From: an uncultured delta proteobacterium
GTDB lineage: Bacteria; Desulfobacterota; Desulfobacteria; Desulfobacterales; UBA2156
Length of the DNA stretch: 64,000 nt
Assembly: GCA_963736855.1 (NCBI GenBank)
Contig: CAVTQK010000015.1
Span: forward strand, 416,001 to 480,000
Direction of reading: 5' to 3'
The notes under the pieces: generated by a model
Databases searched by the model: none
What the model was told of the DNA's origin: nothing
What the model saw: only the letters and a program-made list of their open reading frames with translations
Part shown: positions 8,805 to 18,146 of the stretch, piece after piece
How positions within the stretch are numbered: the first letter of the stretch is position 1
Layout of the letters: each line of letters opens with the position of its first letter
Position numbers and translations under genes: made by a program

Positions 8805-10157
8805 ATGAAGATCCGCAAAACCATGCGCGTTTTGGCTGTGGACAACTGCCGGGAATCCTTAAATCTCATCACATCTACCCTTGAAGCATCCGGATTTCAG
8901 GTCACGGCCGTTACAAGCGTTGCGGAGGCTATACGGGTTTTGGAATTTGCGAAGGTGGATCTCGTCATTTCTGAATTGATGGTTCACGATATGAAAGGAC
9001 TCGACTTCATCCGATACATGCGGGACAACTTCACCGATCTGGAGATCCTTACCACGACCTTAAGTCCATGCATCGATGATGCGATCCGCGTCATCAAGGA
9101 AGGCGCCAACGACTATCTGATAAAACCGCTCGATGTTGACCAATTGCTGTCAGCCGTTATGCGCATGAAAAGCAAGCTGATACGTCGGCGCCAGATTCAA
9201 GAGGAAACTTCGCGTAAATCCTATGGGATCATCGGCGAATCGGCAGGCATCACCGGTGTGATAGATAATATTGAGAAGGCTGCCTCCTATAATGCGAACG
9301 TCCTGATCCGAGGCGAAAGTGGAACCGGGAAGGAACTCGTGGCCAGGGCCATTCATTACGCCAGTGAACGCGCCGCATCGCCGTTTGTTCCCGTCAACTG
9401 CACCGCCATCCCTGAATCCTTGTTGGAGAGCGAACTGTTTGGACATGTGCGGGGTGCTTTCACCGGTGCCCGGGACGGGCGGGCGGGTTTTTTTCAAATT
9501 GCCGAAGGCGGAACGCTGTTTCTGGATGAAATCGGTGACGCAAGCCCGGCAATGCAAGGCAAACTGCTTCGGGTTCTCCAGAACAAGGAAATTCAGATCG
9601 TGGGCTCCAGCCGGGTGCAAAAAATCAATACCCGCATCATCACCTCTACGAACAAGGATCTGATGTTTATGGTCCAAAAAGGCCTTTTCCGGGAGGATCT
9701 CTATTATCGGCTTGTGGTCATAGATATTGTCTTGCCGCCACTGCGGGAGCGAAAGGAAGACATTCTTCCTCTCGCCCATCATTTCATGAACAAATTCATC
9801 AAAGAACTCCGGCGGGATCTTCCCCGGGTTACCGATGGCGCCCTCGAAGCGCTAAAAAACTACCGGTGGCCGGGGAATGTCCGTGAACTGGAGAATCTCA
9901 TTCAGCGGCTTCTGGTCATTGTGGGTCGTCCCGTAATCGATGTGGCCGATCTTCCCCCCTACATGCGCTTTCAGATGGAGCGGCTGGCGGATCCCATGAG
10001 GACTCTGGCCGATATGGAGGCGGAGCATATCCGATCGGTTCTACAATTGACCGGGGGCAACAAAACCCGGGCCGCGAATATTCTGGGAATCGACCGCAAG
10101 ACCTTGCGTGATAAGTTGAAAAAATATTGCATCCCTGACAAAGAATCGGGGAATTAA
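8805..10157 (+). CDS. Sigma-54 enhancer-binding protein (NtrC family) with atypical receiver domain
   Basis: GESGTGKE, ESELFGH, GAFTGA, LFLDEIGD, FREDLYYRL, WPGNVREL, Fis-type HTH; receiver reads DLVISE. Confidence 0.96.
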   Translation: MKIRKTMRVLAVDNCRESLNLITSTLEASGFQVTAVTSVAEAIRVLEFAKVDLVISELMVHDMKGLDFIRYMRDNFTDLEILTTTLSPCIDDAIRVIKEGANDYLIKPLDVDQLLSAVMRMKSKLIRRRQIQEETSRKSYGIIGESAGITGVIDNIEKAASYNANVLIRGESGTGKELVARAIHYASERAASPFVPVNCTAIPESLLESELFGHVRGAFTGARDGRAGFFQIAEGGTLFLDEIGDASPAMQGKLLRVLQNKEIQIVGSSRVQKINTRIITSTNKDLMFMVQKGLFREDLYYRLVVIDIVLPPLRERKEDILPLAHHFMNKFIKELRRDLPRVTDGALEALKNYRWPGNVRELENLIQRLLVIVGRPVIDVADLPPYMRFQMERLADPMRTLADMEAEHIRSVLQLTGGNKTRAANILGIDRKTLRDKLKKYCIPDKESGN

Positions 10158-10181
10158 TCCCCACCGGGGTAATTTTCCCCG
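10147..10181. promoter_or_regulatory. Tandem upstream activator sites (GGGG-N7-CCCC x2)
   Basis: CGGGGAATTAATCCCCA and CGGGGTAATTTTCCCCG, 18-bp period, about 135-170 bp upstream of the -24/-12 promoter. Confidence 0.7.
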
Positions 10182-10251
10182 CTCGTTTTTCACCGTTTTC
10201 GACTAACCAACCCTCTTATTGCTTCCCGCTTTTCCCGGATTAAAAAAATTC

Positions 10252-10264
10252 TAACTTATTGAAA
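10252..10264 (-). promoter_or_regulatory. IHF-like site
   Basis: Minus strand TTTCAATAAGTTA vs WATCAANNNNTTR (1 mismatch) in the AT-rich tract between UAS and promoter. Confidence 0.5.
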
Positions 10265-10316
10265 TAAAGATAATTTATTATCGTATTGAACATCACGATT
10301 TCCAATTGAAGGCGAC

Positions 10317-10331
10317 TGGCCCGGTATTTGC
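10317..10331 (+). promoter_or_regulatory. Sigma-54 (-24/-12) promoter
   Basis: TGGCCCGGTATTTGC, exact GG-N10-GC spacing, 76 bp upstream of the kinase gene. Confidence 0.85.
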
Positions 10332-10406
10332 GACAGCATTAGGTAAAGGGACTTGATCGAGATATCATGAAGTTTCACATGCCGGCAGCATTTTTGCGAT
10401 CTTTAG

Positions 10407-12173
10407 ATGGTAAGGGATGGGATAATGGACAATAACACCCCTGATCGGTTGGAATATTATAACTCCCTCAAGCGAAATATTTTTATTGCGGTTGTGATCG
10501 TTTCCATGATCCCCCTGATTGTTTTCGGTAGTATCACCCGATACGAATTCCAAACCTCTTACACCGAAAAGGTGCGGGCCCATCTCAGCATTATGGTCAA
10601 GAAGCATGCCCAAAACATCGATACCTTCCTGAAGGAACGTCAGGCCAACATCGTCTCTTTGGCTAGCAGCTACCCCTATGAGCAATTGGCGGATAATACT
10701 TTCTTGGCGCAGCAGTTGGCCCGCTTCCAGAAGACATATGGCCCGGTCATTACGGATTTGGGGATCATAAACGAAAAAGGGGAACAGGTTTCTTACGCCG
10801 GTCCGTTTCAATTGAAGGACGCCAATTACGCGGATTCCGAATGGCTGAAGCAGGCGATGGCATCGGATATTTTTACAAGCGATGTTTTTATGGGCCTTCG
10901 CCGGCTGCCGCATTTCATCGTAGCCGTTCGAAGTCTCAAGAGCGGAACTCCTTGGCTGCTTCGCGCCACCATCGACTTCATGGCATTCAATGAGTTGGTT
11001 CAGAACATTCATATCGGAAAAACAGGGTTTGCCTTCATCATCAATAAAAAGATCGAAATGCAGACGGACACCACCAGAAACGTGGAAAAGAACCTATTCC
11101 GCGATGCTGAATTGTTTCATCCGGATAAAACCGGGATGGATATAATAAACGAACCCCTTTTCCAAACCCGAACGAGCGACTCCGGGAGAGAAGTCATCTA
11201 TGTCGTCCGTCTCCTGAAAAACGGAGAGTGGGCGCTGGTGTTTCAGCAGGACTACTTGGATGCTTACAGTGAGCTCTACCGGGCGCGAAAGGTCGCTCTC
11301 TTGACACTGGTGTTGGGTGGGATCGCCATTATTCTCATGGCGGCATGGGTCTCCCGCCACACCACCATAAAAATCGCCGAGGCCGACCAGGAAAAAGAAA
11401 TCATGAACCGTCAGGTGATCCAAAGCGGGCACCTGGCGTCTATCGGCATGCTGGCAGCCGGCATCGCCCATGAAATCAACAACCCCGTGGCCATCATGGT
11501 GGAGGAAGCCGGCTGGATCGAGGATCTTCTGGGAGATGAAGATTTTAAGGAAAGCGAAAACCTCAACGAATTCAAGCGGGCATTAGTGCAGATTCGAAAA
11601 CAGGGAATTCGATGCCGTGATATCACCCGCAAACTGCTGAGCTTTTCCAGACACACTGACAATCGAGATCAGCTTTTCGATCTCAACGAATTGATCCGGG
11701 AAATCACAAATCTGTCTTCGCAGCATGCCAAATACAGCAACATCACCATTGAATTGAACCTGACCGAACCGCTCTCTTCGATCAAGGCATCCCAGACAGA
11801 AATGGAACAGGTGATCTTCAATCTGCTGTACAACGCCATCGATGCCATCGATAAGAAAGGTGGTAAAGTCCGCATCCACACCTGGCAGGACGATTCAATG
11901 GTTCATTTCGAAGTTCAGGATACCGGGCCAGGCATTTCCGAGGCCAATTTGAAGCGCATTTTCGACCCGTTTTTTACGACCAAGCCGACAGGACAGGGAA
12001 CGGGCCTGGGACTGTCGATCTGTTATGGAATCGTTCAGAAAATGAACGGCCAGATCGTCGTGGAAAGCACTCTTGGAAAAGGCTCTCGCTTTGAAATCAG
12101 CCTTCCGGCGGCGGAAAGTCAGGAAGAGACGGAGACCAAAACGACGAAAACCGTGGGTTCAATGACATCATAG
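10407..12173 (+). CDS. Membrane sensor histidine kinase with periplasmic Cache-like domain (NtrB-type core)
   Basis: Two TM helices; H box AAGIAHEINNP, N box NLLYNAIDA, DTGPGI, FDPFFTTK, GTGLGL. Confidence 0.95.
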   Translation: MVRDGIMDNNTPDRLEYYNSLKRNIFIAVVIVSMIPLIVFGSITRYEFQTSYTEKVRAHLSIMVKKHAQNIDTFLKERQANIVSLASSYPYEQLADNTFLAQQLARFQKTYGPVITDLGIINEKGEQVSYAGPFQLKDANYADSEWLKQAMASDIFTSDVFMGLRRLPHFIVAVRSLKSGTPWLLRATIDFMAFNELVQNIHIGKTGFAFIINKKIEMQTDTTRNVEKNLFRDAELFHPDKTGMDIINEPLFQTRTSDSGREVIYVVRLLKNGEWALVFQQDYLDAYSELYRARKVALLTLVLGGIAIILMAAWVSRHTTIKIAEADQEKEIMNRQVIQSGHLASIGMLAAGIAHEINNPVAIMVEEAGWIEDLLGDEDFKESENLNEFKRALVQIRKQGIRCRDITRKLLSFSRHTDNRDQLFDLNELIREITNLSSQHAKYSNITIELNLTEPLSSIKASQTEMEQVIFNLLYNAIDAIDKKGGKVRIHTWQDDSMVHFEVQDTGPGISEANLKRIFDPFFTTKPTGQGTGLGLSICYGIVQKMNGQIVVESTLGKGSRFEISLPAAESQEETETKTTKTVGSMTS

Positions 12174-12189
12174 AAGGGGGGGAGAAAAT

Positions 12190-12618
12190 ATGAGCATCGC
12201 CAACGTGCTGCTTGTTGATGACGAGACCGCGTTTCTGGAGACCATGAACAAGCGGCTCACCAAAAGAAACTTCCAGGTTAAAACCGTGGATTCCGGTATT
12301 GCCGCATTGGAAACCCTAAGCGAGAACGGGGAGCAAATCGAGGTGGTGATTTTGGATGTTCAAATGCCCGGCATGGACGGTATCGAAACCCTCACGGAAA
12401 TCAAACGGAAATATCCTCTAGTCGAAGTGATCATGCTGACTGGACATGCAACGGTGGCCTCAGCCATCGAAGGAATGAAGCAAGGCGCCTATGACTACCT
12501 CATGAAGCCTTGCGAAATGGAAATCCTACTCTCCAAGGTCATGGAAGCCGCTAACAAAAAGCGCGGGCACGAACAAAAGATCATCGAGGCGCGAATGAAG
12601 GAAATTACAAGCTTTTAG
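12190..12618 (+). CDS. Single-domain response regulator 1
   Basis: LLVDDE, VVILDVQMPGMDG, LTGH, KP; no output domain. Confidence 0.95.
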   Translation: MSIANVLLVDDETAFLETMNKRLTKRNFQVKTVDSGIAALETLSENGEQIEVVILDVQMPGMDGIETLTEIKRKYPLVEVIMLTGHATVASAIEGMKQGAYDYLMKPCEMEILLSKVMEAANKKRGHEQKIIEARMKEITSF

Positions 12619-12632
12619 CTTAGGAGATAGGC

Positions 12633-13034
12633 ATGATGCCGAAAGAATTCACTCCACTCATCCGGCTCTTGTTAGTGGACGATGAAGTTGAGTTTACCTC
12701 GATCATGGTCAAACGGCTTGGACGCCGTAACATCGTCGCCACTACCGCCAACAACGGCGAACAGGCCCTTCTCCTTTTGGATAAAAATACCTATGATGTC
12801 GCCGTGCTCGATTTGAAGATGGAAGGGATGGATGGTCTCGAGGTGCTCAAGATGTTAAAGCTGAAAGCACCCGATCTGCCGGTCATCATACTCACGGGAC
12901 ACGGTTCTCAACTGGCCGCTGAAGAAGGATTTGCACACGGCGCCTTCGACTATCTGTCAAAACCCTATGATATCGAAGGGCTCACCCAAATTATTCGAAA
13001 GGCAGTTTTCGGAGGAAGAGAACAACATGAATAA
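12633..13034 (+). CDS. Single-domain response regulator 2
   Basis: LLVDDE, VAVLDLKMEGMDG, LTGH, KP. Confidence 0.95.
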   Translation: MMPKEFTPLIRLLLVDDEVEFTSIMVKRLGRRNIVATTANNGEQALLLLDKNTYDVAVLDLKMEGMDGLEVLKMLKLKAPDLPVIILTGHGSQLAAEEGFAHGAFDYLSKPYDIEGLTQIIRKAVFGGREQHE

Positions 13035-13449
13035 ATTTAAAGTACTCGTGGTGGACGATGAAGAGGATTTCCTCGCTATCCTGGTCAAGCGATTAAGCAA
13101 ACGGGGAGTCACGGTATTCGAGGCCAAGAGCGGCAGCGAAGCCTTAAGTTTGATCGGACGGGAACCGATCGATGTGGTGGTTCTGGACGTTCGGATGCCC
13201 GGACTCGACGGCATCGAAACCCTGAAGGCCATCAAGCAGATCGACCCATGGATCGAGGTTATCATGCTGACGGGGCACGCCAATGTCGAGGTGGCCGTGA
13301 AAGGCATGGAACTCGGGGCCTTCGATTATCTCATGAAACCCATGAACATCGATGATCTTCTCTTTAAGCTGCAAGACGCCAATGAGGCGAGGAAATTGAA
13401 ACAACAGGGACATCGTAGGAATGATAACAGGGACTCATCCGGAACATGA
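13027..13449 (+). CDS. Single-domain response regulator 3
   Basis: MNKFKVLVVDDE, VVLDVRMPGLDG, LTGH, KP; GGAGG upstream of ATG 13027. Confidence 0.95.
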   Translation: MNKFKVLVVDDEEDFLAILVKRLSKRGVTVFEAKSGSEALSLIGREPIDVVVLDVRMPGLDGIETLKAIKQIDPWIEVIMLTGHANVEVAVKGMELGAFDYLMKPMNIDDLLFKLQDANEARKLKQQGHRRNDNRDSSGT

Positions 13450-13488
13450 AATTTGACCTTCAACCAATACCGAAAGGAGAAAGTAACC

Positions 13489-14778
13489 ATGAAGTTCTTT
13501 AAACAATGGACCTCATTTATGATGGCCGCCGCAACGGCGCATGCAAAGTGGGAAAAGGATGTTTCCGATACTGTTTTTTCAAGTCGGAAGCGGATGGTGA
13601 TGCTTGGACTCCTGATGCTGCCGGTGGCAGTCGGTGGTATCGCCTTCGCCGATCAGGTCGCAGGGATGCTGCCGGAAATGATCGGGGGGAAAACGGCCTA
13701 TAGTCCGGCATTTTTTACGCCCACCATTTTCATTGCATCGATTCTGATCGGCATCATCGCCGGACTGATCACCGGCTGCATCGGCGCGGGCGGCGGCTTC
13801 ATCATCGCGCCGGCCCTGATGAGCGCCGGCATCAAAGGCATCCTCGCCGTGGGAACCGACCTGTTTCATATTTTCGCAAAAGCCATCATGGGAAGCGTCA
13901 TCCATCGAAAACTGGGCAACGTTTCGGTGGCCTTGGCATTTATCTTCCTCATCGGCGCCATCGTCGGCGCCACGGTCGGCGGCGTCATCAACCGCGTCCT
14001 GTATGAGATCAATCCGGTTTTAAGCGACGCCTTTATTACTACCATTTATTCCATCATGCTGGGTTTTCTGGGCGTCTATTCCATGATCGATTTTTTCAAG
14101 GCAAGAAAGACCGCCGGTGACACCGGAGGCGCGCACGGTGGAAAATCCGAAGGCGCCGACCTGGGGGCGCTTCCCAAAAAACTGCAGGCCGTCCGCATTC
14201 CGCCCATGATCACCTTTGATCAAAGTCTCGTACCTGGGGGCCGGAGCATTTCCTGTGTTTTTCTGATCTTAAGCGGCGCGCTGGTCGGTCTGGCTGCTGC
14301 CATCATGGGGGTAGGCGGCGGATTCCTCACGTTTCCGATTTTTGTTTATATCCTGGGAGTTTCCTCCATGACCACCGTGGGAACCGACATCTTGCAGATC
14401 GTGTTCACGGCCGGTTACGCCGCCATCAGTCAGTACGCCATCTATGGGTTTATCTTTTATACTCTGGCCATGGGCATGCTGTTGGGGTCCTTGATTGGTA
14501 TTCAGATCGGGGCCATGGTGACCAAGGTCGTGAAGGGGATTACCATCCGGGGATTTTACGCCATCGCAGTCATGTCCGGATTCGTGAACCGGATCTTTGC
14601 ACTTCCGGGAAAACTGTCGTCAATGGAGGTGATTCATCTGTCCAAATCGACCATCACGGTGCTCAACGCCATCGGTACCTATGCTTTTTTCATTGTGCTC
14701 GGAACCTTCGGCGTTTGGGTCATCGGAACGTTTTTAATGAACATCAAAACCCTTAAAGGAGGGGAGGTGGCGTCATGA
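13489..14778 (+). CDS. TauE/SafE (DUF81) family membrane transporter
   Basis: Internal repeat GCIGAGGGFIIAP / AIMGVGGGFLTFP, each followed by VGTD; AGGAG RBS. Confidence 0.9.
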   Translation: MKFFKQWTSFMMAAATAHAKWEKDVSDTVFSSRKRMVMLGLLMLPVAVGGIAFADQVAGMLPEMIGGKTAYSPAFFTPTIFIASILIGIIAGLITGCIGAGGGFIIAPALMSAGIKGILAVGTDLFHIFAKAIMGSVIHRKLGNVSVALAFIFLIGAIVGATVGGVINRVLYEINPVLSDAFITTIYSIMLGFLGVYSMIDFFKARKTAGDTGGAHGGKSEGADLGALPKKLQAVRIPPMITFDQSLVPGGRSISCVFLILSGALVGLAAAIMGVGGGFLTFPIFVYILGVSSMTTVGTDILQIVFTAGYAAISQYAIYGFIFYTLAMGMLLGSLIGIQIGAMVTKVVKGITIRGFYAIAVMSGFVNRIFALPGKLSSMEVIHLSKSTITVLNAIGTYAFFIVLGTFGVWVIGTFLMNIKTLKGGEVAS

Positions 14779-15461
14779 TTGCGCATAAAAGCCTGTTTTT
14801 CAAAGGATTGGGGCTGCTGGTAGCCTTTTTTATCGTACTCTTTCTCATGTTCATGCCGCTCAATAACGGTCAGAATTTTCTGAACTCCATGGACAATCTC
14901 TATAACACCATCTCCAAGGGATCGGCCTACTATATCCCCAAGATGAAAACAGAGATCGCCCCTTACCAAGGAAAATTCATTACTCTGGATCTGACCATGG
15001 CCACGGAACGGGAAGCGAAGGAAACGGCTCTTCTACTGACCAAGAGCGGCGCATCCGCCCAAATCGACGGCGTCAAACTCAAGGTTTCGGGAGATCTGGG
15101 CGCTATCCTCGCCAATTGCCTAGAGGATTCTGATTTTATGTTCAATAATCAGGGAGAGCAGGTTTCGGCTAAATACGGATATCCTGAAAAACAGGTGCTC
15201 TACAACTGGTATCGGGCCGACATTCAAATGAATAAGGGCCTGACCCATCAGAAACTATTCAGTGAAGCCAAAATTGTGGCGTCGGTTCAGGCCAAAGCCG
15301 TAGAATGCGCCTTCAATTACTACAAGATCGTTCCCGAAAGCATCCGGAATAAGATTTGGGTCGTCATTTTTTCTCTGGTGTTTTATGTGATTTATACTCT
15401 ATGGTTCGGATTCTCCATTATGTTCTTGTTTGAAGGTTGGGGTATGCGACTTGAACATTGA
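14775..15461 (+). CDS. Hypothetical membrane protein (N- and C-terminal TM, periplasmic middle)
   Basis: ATGA overlap with the TauE gene, GGAGG RBS, two hydrophobic ends. Confidence 0.85.
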   Translation: MIAHKSLFFKGLGLLVAFFIVLFLMFMPLNNGQNFLNSMDNLYNTISKGSAYYIPKMKTEIAPYQGKFITLDLTMATEREAKETALLLTKSGASAQIDGVKLKVSGDLGAILANCLEDSDFMFNNQGEQVSAKYGYPEKQVLYNWYRADIQMNKGLTHQKLFSEAKIVASVQAKAVECAFNYYKIVPESIRNKIWVVIFSLVFYVIYTLWFGFSIMFLFEGWGMRLEH

Positions 15462-15491
15462 TTCCGGATAACGGAACAGGGGCTGGAGTCG

Positions 15492-18146
15492 ATGACTCCG
15501 GCCCCTTTCCGGACCAGAATGAAACGAATATTCGAAAAATTAAAAGGCTTTTTCCAATCAGACGCCGCCCCTTTGCATACAGATGAGGACGTCGAAAGGC
15601 TTCGGCTCGCCTTTAAAGGGCGGCATCATCATTTCAAGCTTCTGCTAAACGCCAATCAGAGATCCCTTGAAATCATGGCGGATATCGAGCAGGCGTTGCG
15701 CAGCCGCCCTTTCGGTATGACCTTTGTACGTTCCGCATGTACCGGAATTGCTGTCAATGTCCTGAAAATGATTAAAAATATGGAACAGTTGGCACCTGGA
15801 AAATATTCGGATTTGAGGAGCCGTTATGAGGTCATCAATCAGCGCATGCAGGAAGTTCTATCCCGTAAAAACGGTTCAAAAGAAGAGGTATTGATTCTTC
15901 ATCTCGGCGAAATTGACCCGTCCAAACTGGACCTGGTCGGCGGGAAAATGGCCGGTCTGGCCGAAATTCGGAACCGGATGTCTATTCGGGTTCCGGAGGG
16001 ATTTGTTATTACTACTTACGCCTATGACCGCTTCCTTTCGAGCGCCCGTTTACAGGAGGAAATTGATCGGTTGTTTCAGTCCGGCGATAAAGACGATTTG
16101 ATTTCACTCTATTCACTTAGCACCCGAATTCAGCAACTCATCCTCAAAACACCGGTTCCGGATGCAATCGTAAGTGCCATCCATGATGCCTGGAAAAAAC
16201 TCGAAGATTCTTTCGTTGGGAAAAAACTGACAGCCGCCCTGAGAAGCAGCAGCCTCTTCGAGGATGCAGCCGGCGCCTCTTTCGCAGGTCAGTTCCGGAC
16301 AGAGCTAAATGTATCCTATGACTCCGTCCTGACCGCCTACCAAGAGGTGGTGGCCAGCAAGTACAGTGTTCATGCCATCACCTACCGTCTGGCCAAGGGA
16401 TTCAGCGACGAAGATATCGCCATGGCCGTGGGGTGCATGGCCATGGTGGATGCAGCAGCCGGCGGCGTGGCCTATTCCGTCAATCCGGTGAATGAAGCGG
16501 ATGATGCCATATACATCAGCGCCGTTTGGGGGCTTCCCAAAGCCGTTGTGGACGGATCTACCGCGTGTGACCAGTTTGTCGTTCATCGGTCTACATCCGC
16601 TATTCGTTCCGTTATCGGGCAGAAGGAAACGTATTTTATTTGTTATCCCGAAGAAGGCCTCTGCAGGATGGCGCCAACCGGTGAAAAAGCCGGGGAACCG
16701 TCGCTGACGATCGATCAAATCCTTATGCTGAAAAATATCGTGCTGAAACTCGAAGCATTTTTCAAGACGCCCGTGGATGTGGAATGGGCTGTGGCGTCGG
16801 ACGGTGGTATCGTGATCGTGCAGTGCCGACCTATGAAGCATGTATCGTCACGATCTGAACGGAGAAAAAATCTGGAAGACGATGTTCATATCGTCCTGAC
16901 CGGTGGTGTCGCTGCCAGTCCTGGAATCTGTTCAGGCCAGGTTTTCATCGCTTCTAAAGCAATGGATTCGTTGAAATTTCCGGATGGCGGCATTTTGGTA
17001 GTCCGTCAACCCCTTCCGCAATGGGCCAGCCTGATTAGCCGGGCAGCAGGAGTCGTTGCGGAACAGGGCGGTATGGCAGGGCATCTCGCCAATGTGGCGC
17101 GTGAATTCGGTGTGCCGGCGCTTTTCGGATGTCCTTATGCGGTGGAAAAGTTGTCTCATTACCGCGAGGTGACGCTCGATGCGGATAGCGGTGTGATTTA
17201 TGAGGGTCGCCGGGAGGATCTTCTGGACCTAGAGAACGCCATTGTCCATGTTATGACCGGAAGCCCGGTTTATAAAGTACTGGCGGAGGCCAGCAAGCAT
17301 ATCATTCCTTTAAACCTCCTCGATCCGGCATCCCCAAAGTTTCGTCCCTCAGGCTGTGAGACCTTTCATGATCTCACACGTTTTATACATGAAAAATCCG
17401 TCCACGAAATGTTCAATTTCGGCCATGAACACCATTTTTCCGAGCGTTCCGGAAAGCAGCTCTTTTTTAAGGTTCCCATGCAGTGGTGGGTGCTGAATTT
17501 AGATGATGGATTTACGGAGGAAATACGTGGGAAATATGTCCGCTTGGAGCAGATTACTTCCATTCCCATGCGGGCCTTTTGGGACGGATTCGTTGGCGTT
17601 CCCTGGGACGGTCCTCCAGCTTTGGATCGCCGGGGATTTGCATCGGTCCTCTTTCGATCCACCGCCGATCCGGCCCTGGCGACTGGCGTTAAATCGCGAT
17701 ATACGGAAAAAAATTATTTCATGATTTCCCGCCATTTCTGCAATCTCAACTCCCGGCTCGGCTATCATTTTTCCGTCATGGAAGCTCTGGTGAGCGATCG
17801 AGTTCCCGAGAACTATGTGAGTTTTCAGTTCAAAGGCGGCGCGGCGGATTCCGATAGACGGCTCAAAAGGGTCCGGTTTCTCGGTGATATCCTGGAGTCC
17901 TATGATTTCCGGGTAGAAATTCAGGAAGACAGCTTGATCGCCCGCATCGAAAATTTCGATTGCAACACCATGCAGAAACGCATTAAAATTCTAGGCCATC
18001 TTTCGCTTCATACCCGCCAGTTGGACATGATTATGTCCACACCAAATTCGGTGAACTATTTCCGATTAAAAATCCATAAAGATCTTGAATATGTGCTGTC
18101 GATGCCGGTTGAAACGCCTCCCGTCGATGCGATTGTCACTTTATGA
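15492..18146 (+). CDS. PEP synthase/pyruvate-water dikinase-like protein (ATP-grasp + phospho-His domain, divergent C-terminus)
   Basis: VGGKMAGL, VPEGFVIT, LRSS..ED...SFAGQF, DVEWA, VQCRP; GGMAGHLANVAREFGVPA. Confidence 0.9.
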   Translation: MTPAPFRTRMKRIFEKLKGFFQSDAAPLHTDEDVERLRLAFKGRHHHFKLLLNANQRSLEIMADIEQALRSRPFGMTFVRSACTGIAVNVLKMIKNMEQLAPGKYSDLRSRYEVINQRMQEVLSRKNGSKEEVLILHLGEIDPSKLDLVGGKMAGLAEIRNRMSIRVPEGFVITTYAYDRFLSSARLQEEIDRLFQSGDKDDLISLYSLSTRIQQLILKTPVPDAIVSAIHDAWKKLEDSFVGKKLTAALRSSSLFEDAAGASFAGQFRTELNVSYDSVLTAYQEVVASKYSVHAITYRLAKGFSDEDIAMAVGCMAMVDAAAGGVAYSVNPVNEADDAIYISAVWGLPKAVVDGSTACDQFVVHRSTSAIRSVIGQKETYFICYPEEGLCRMAPTGEKAGEPSLTIDQILMLKNIVLKLEAFFKTPVDVEWAVASDGGIVIVQCRPMKHVSSRSERRKNLEDDVHIVLTGGVAASPGICSGQVFIASKAMDSLKFPDGGILVVRQPLPQWASLISRAAGVVAEQGGMAGHLANVAREFGVPALFGCPYAVEKLSHYREVTLDADSGVIYEGRREDLLDLENAIVHVMTGSPVYKVLAEASKHIIPLNLLDPASPKFRPSGCETFHDLTRFIHEKSVHEMFNFGHEHHFSERSGKQLFFKVPMQWWVLNLDDGFTEEIRGKYVRLEQITSIPMRAFWDGFVGVPWDGPPALDRRGFASVLFRSTADPALATGVKSRYTEKNYFMISRHFCNLNSRLGYHFSVMEALVSDRVPENYVSFQFKGGAADSDRRLKRVRFLGDILESYDFRVEIQEDSLIARIENFDCNTMQKRIKILGHLSLHTRQLDMIMSTPNSVNYFRLKIHKDLEYVLSMPVETPPVDAIVTL

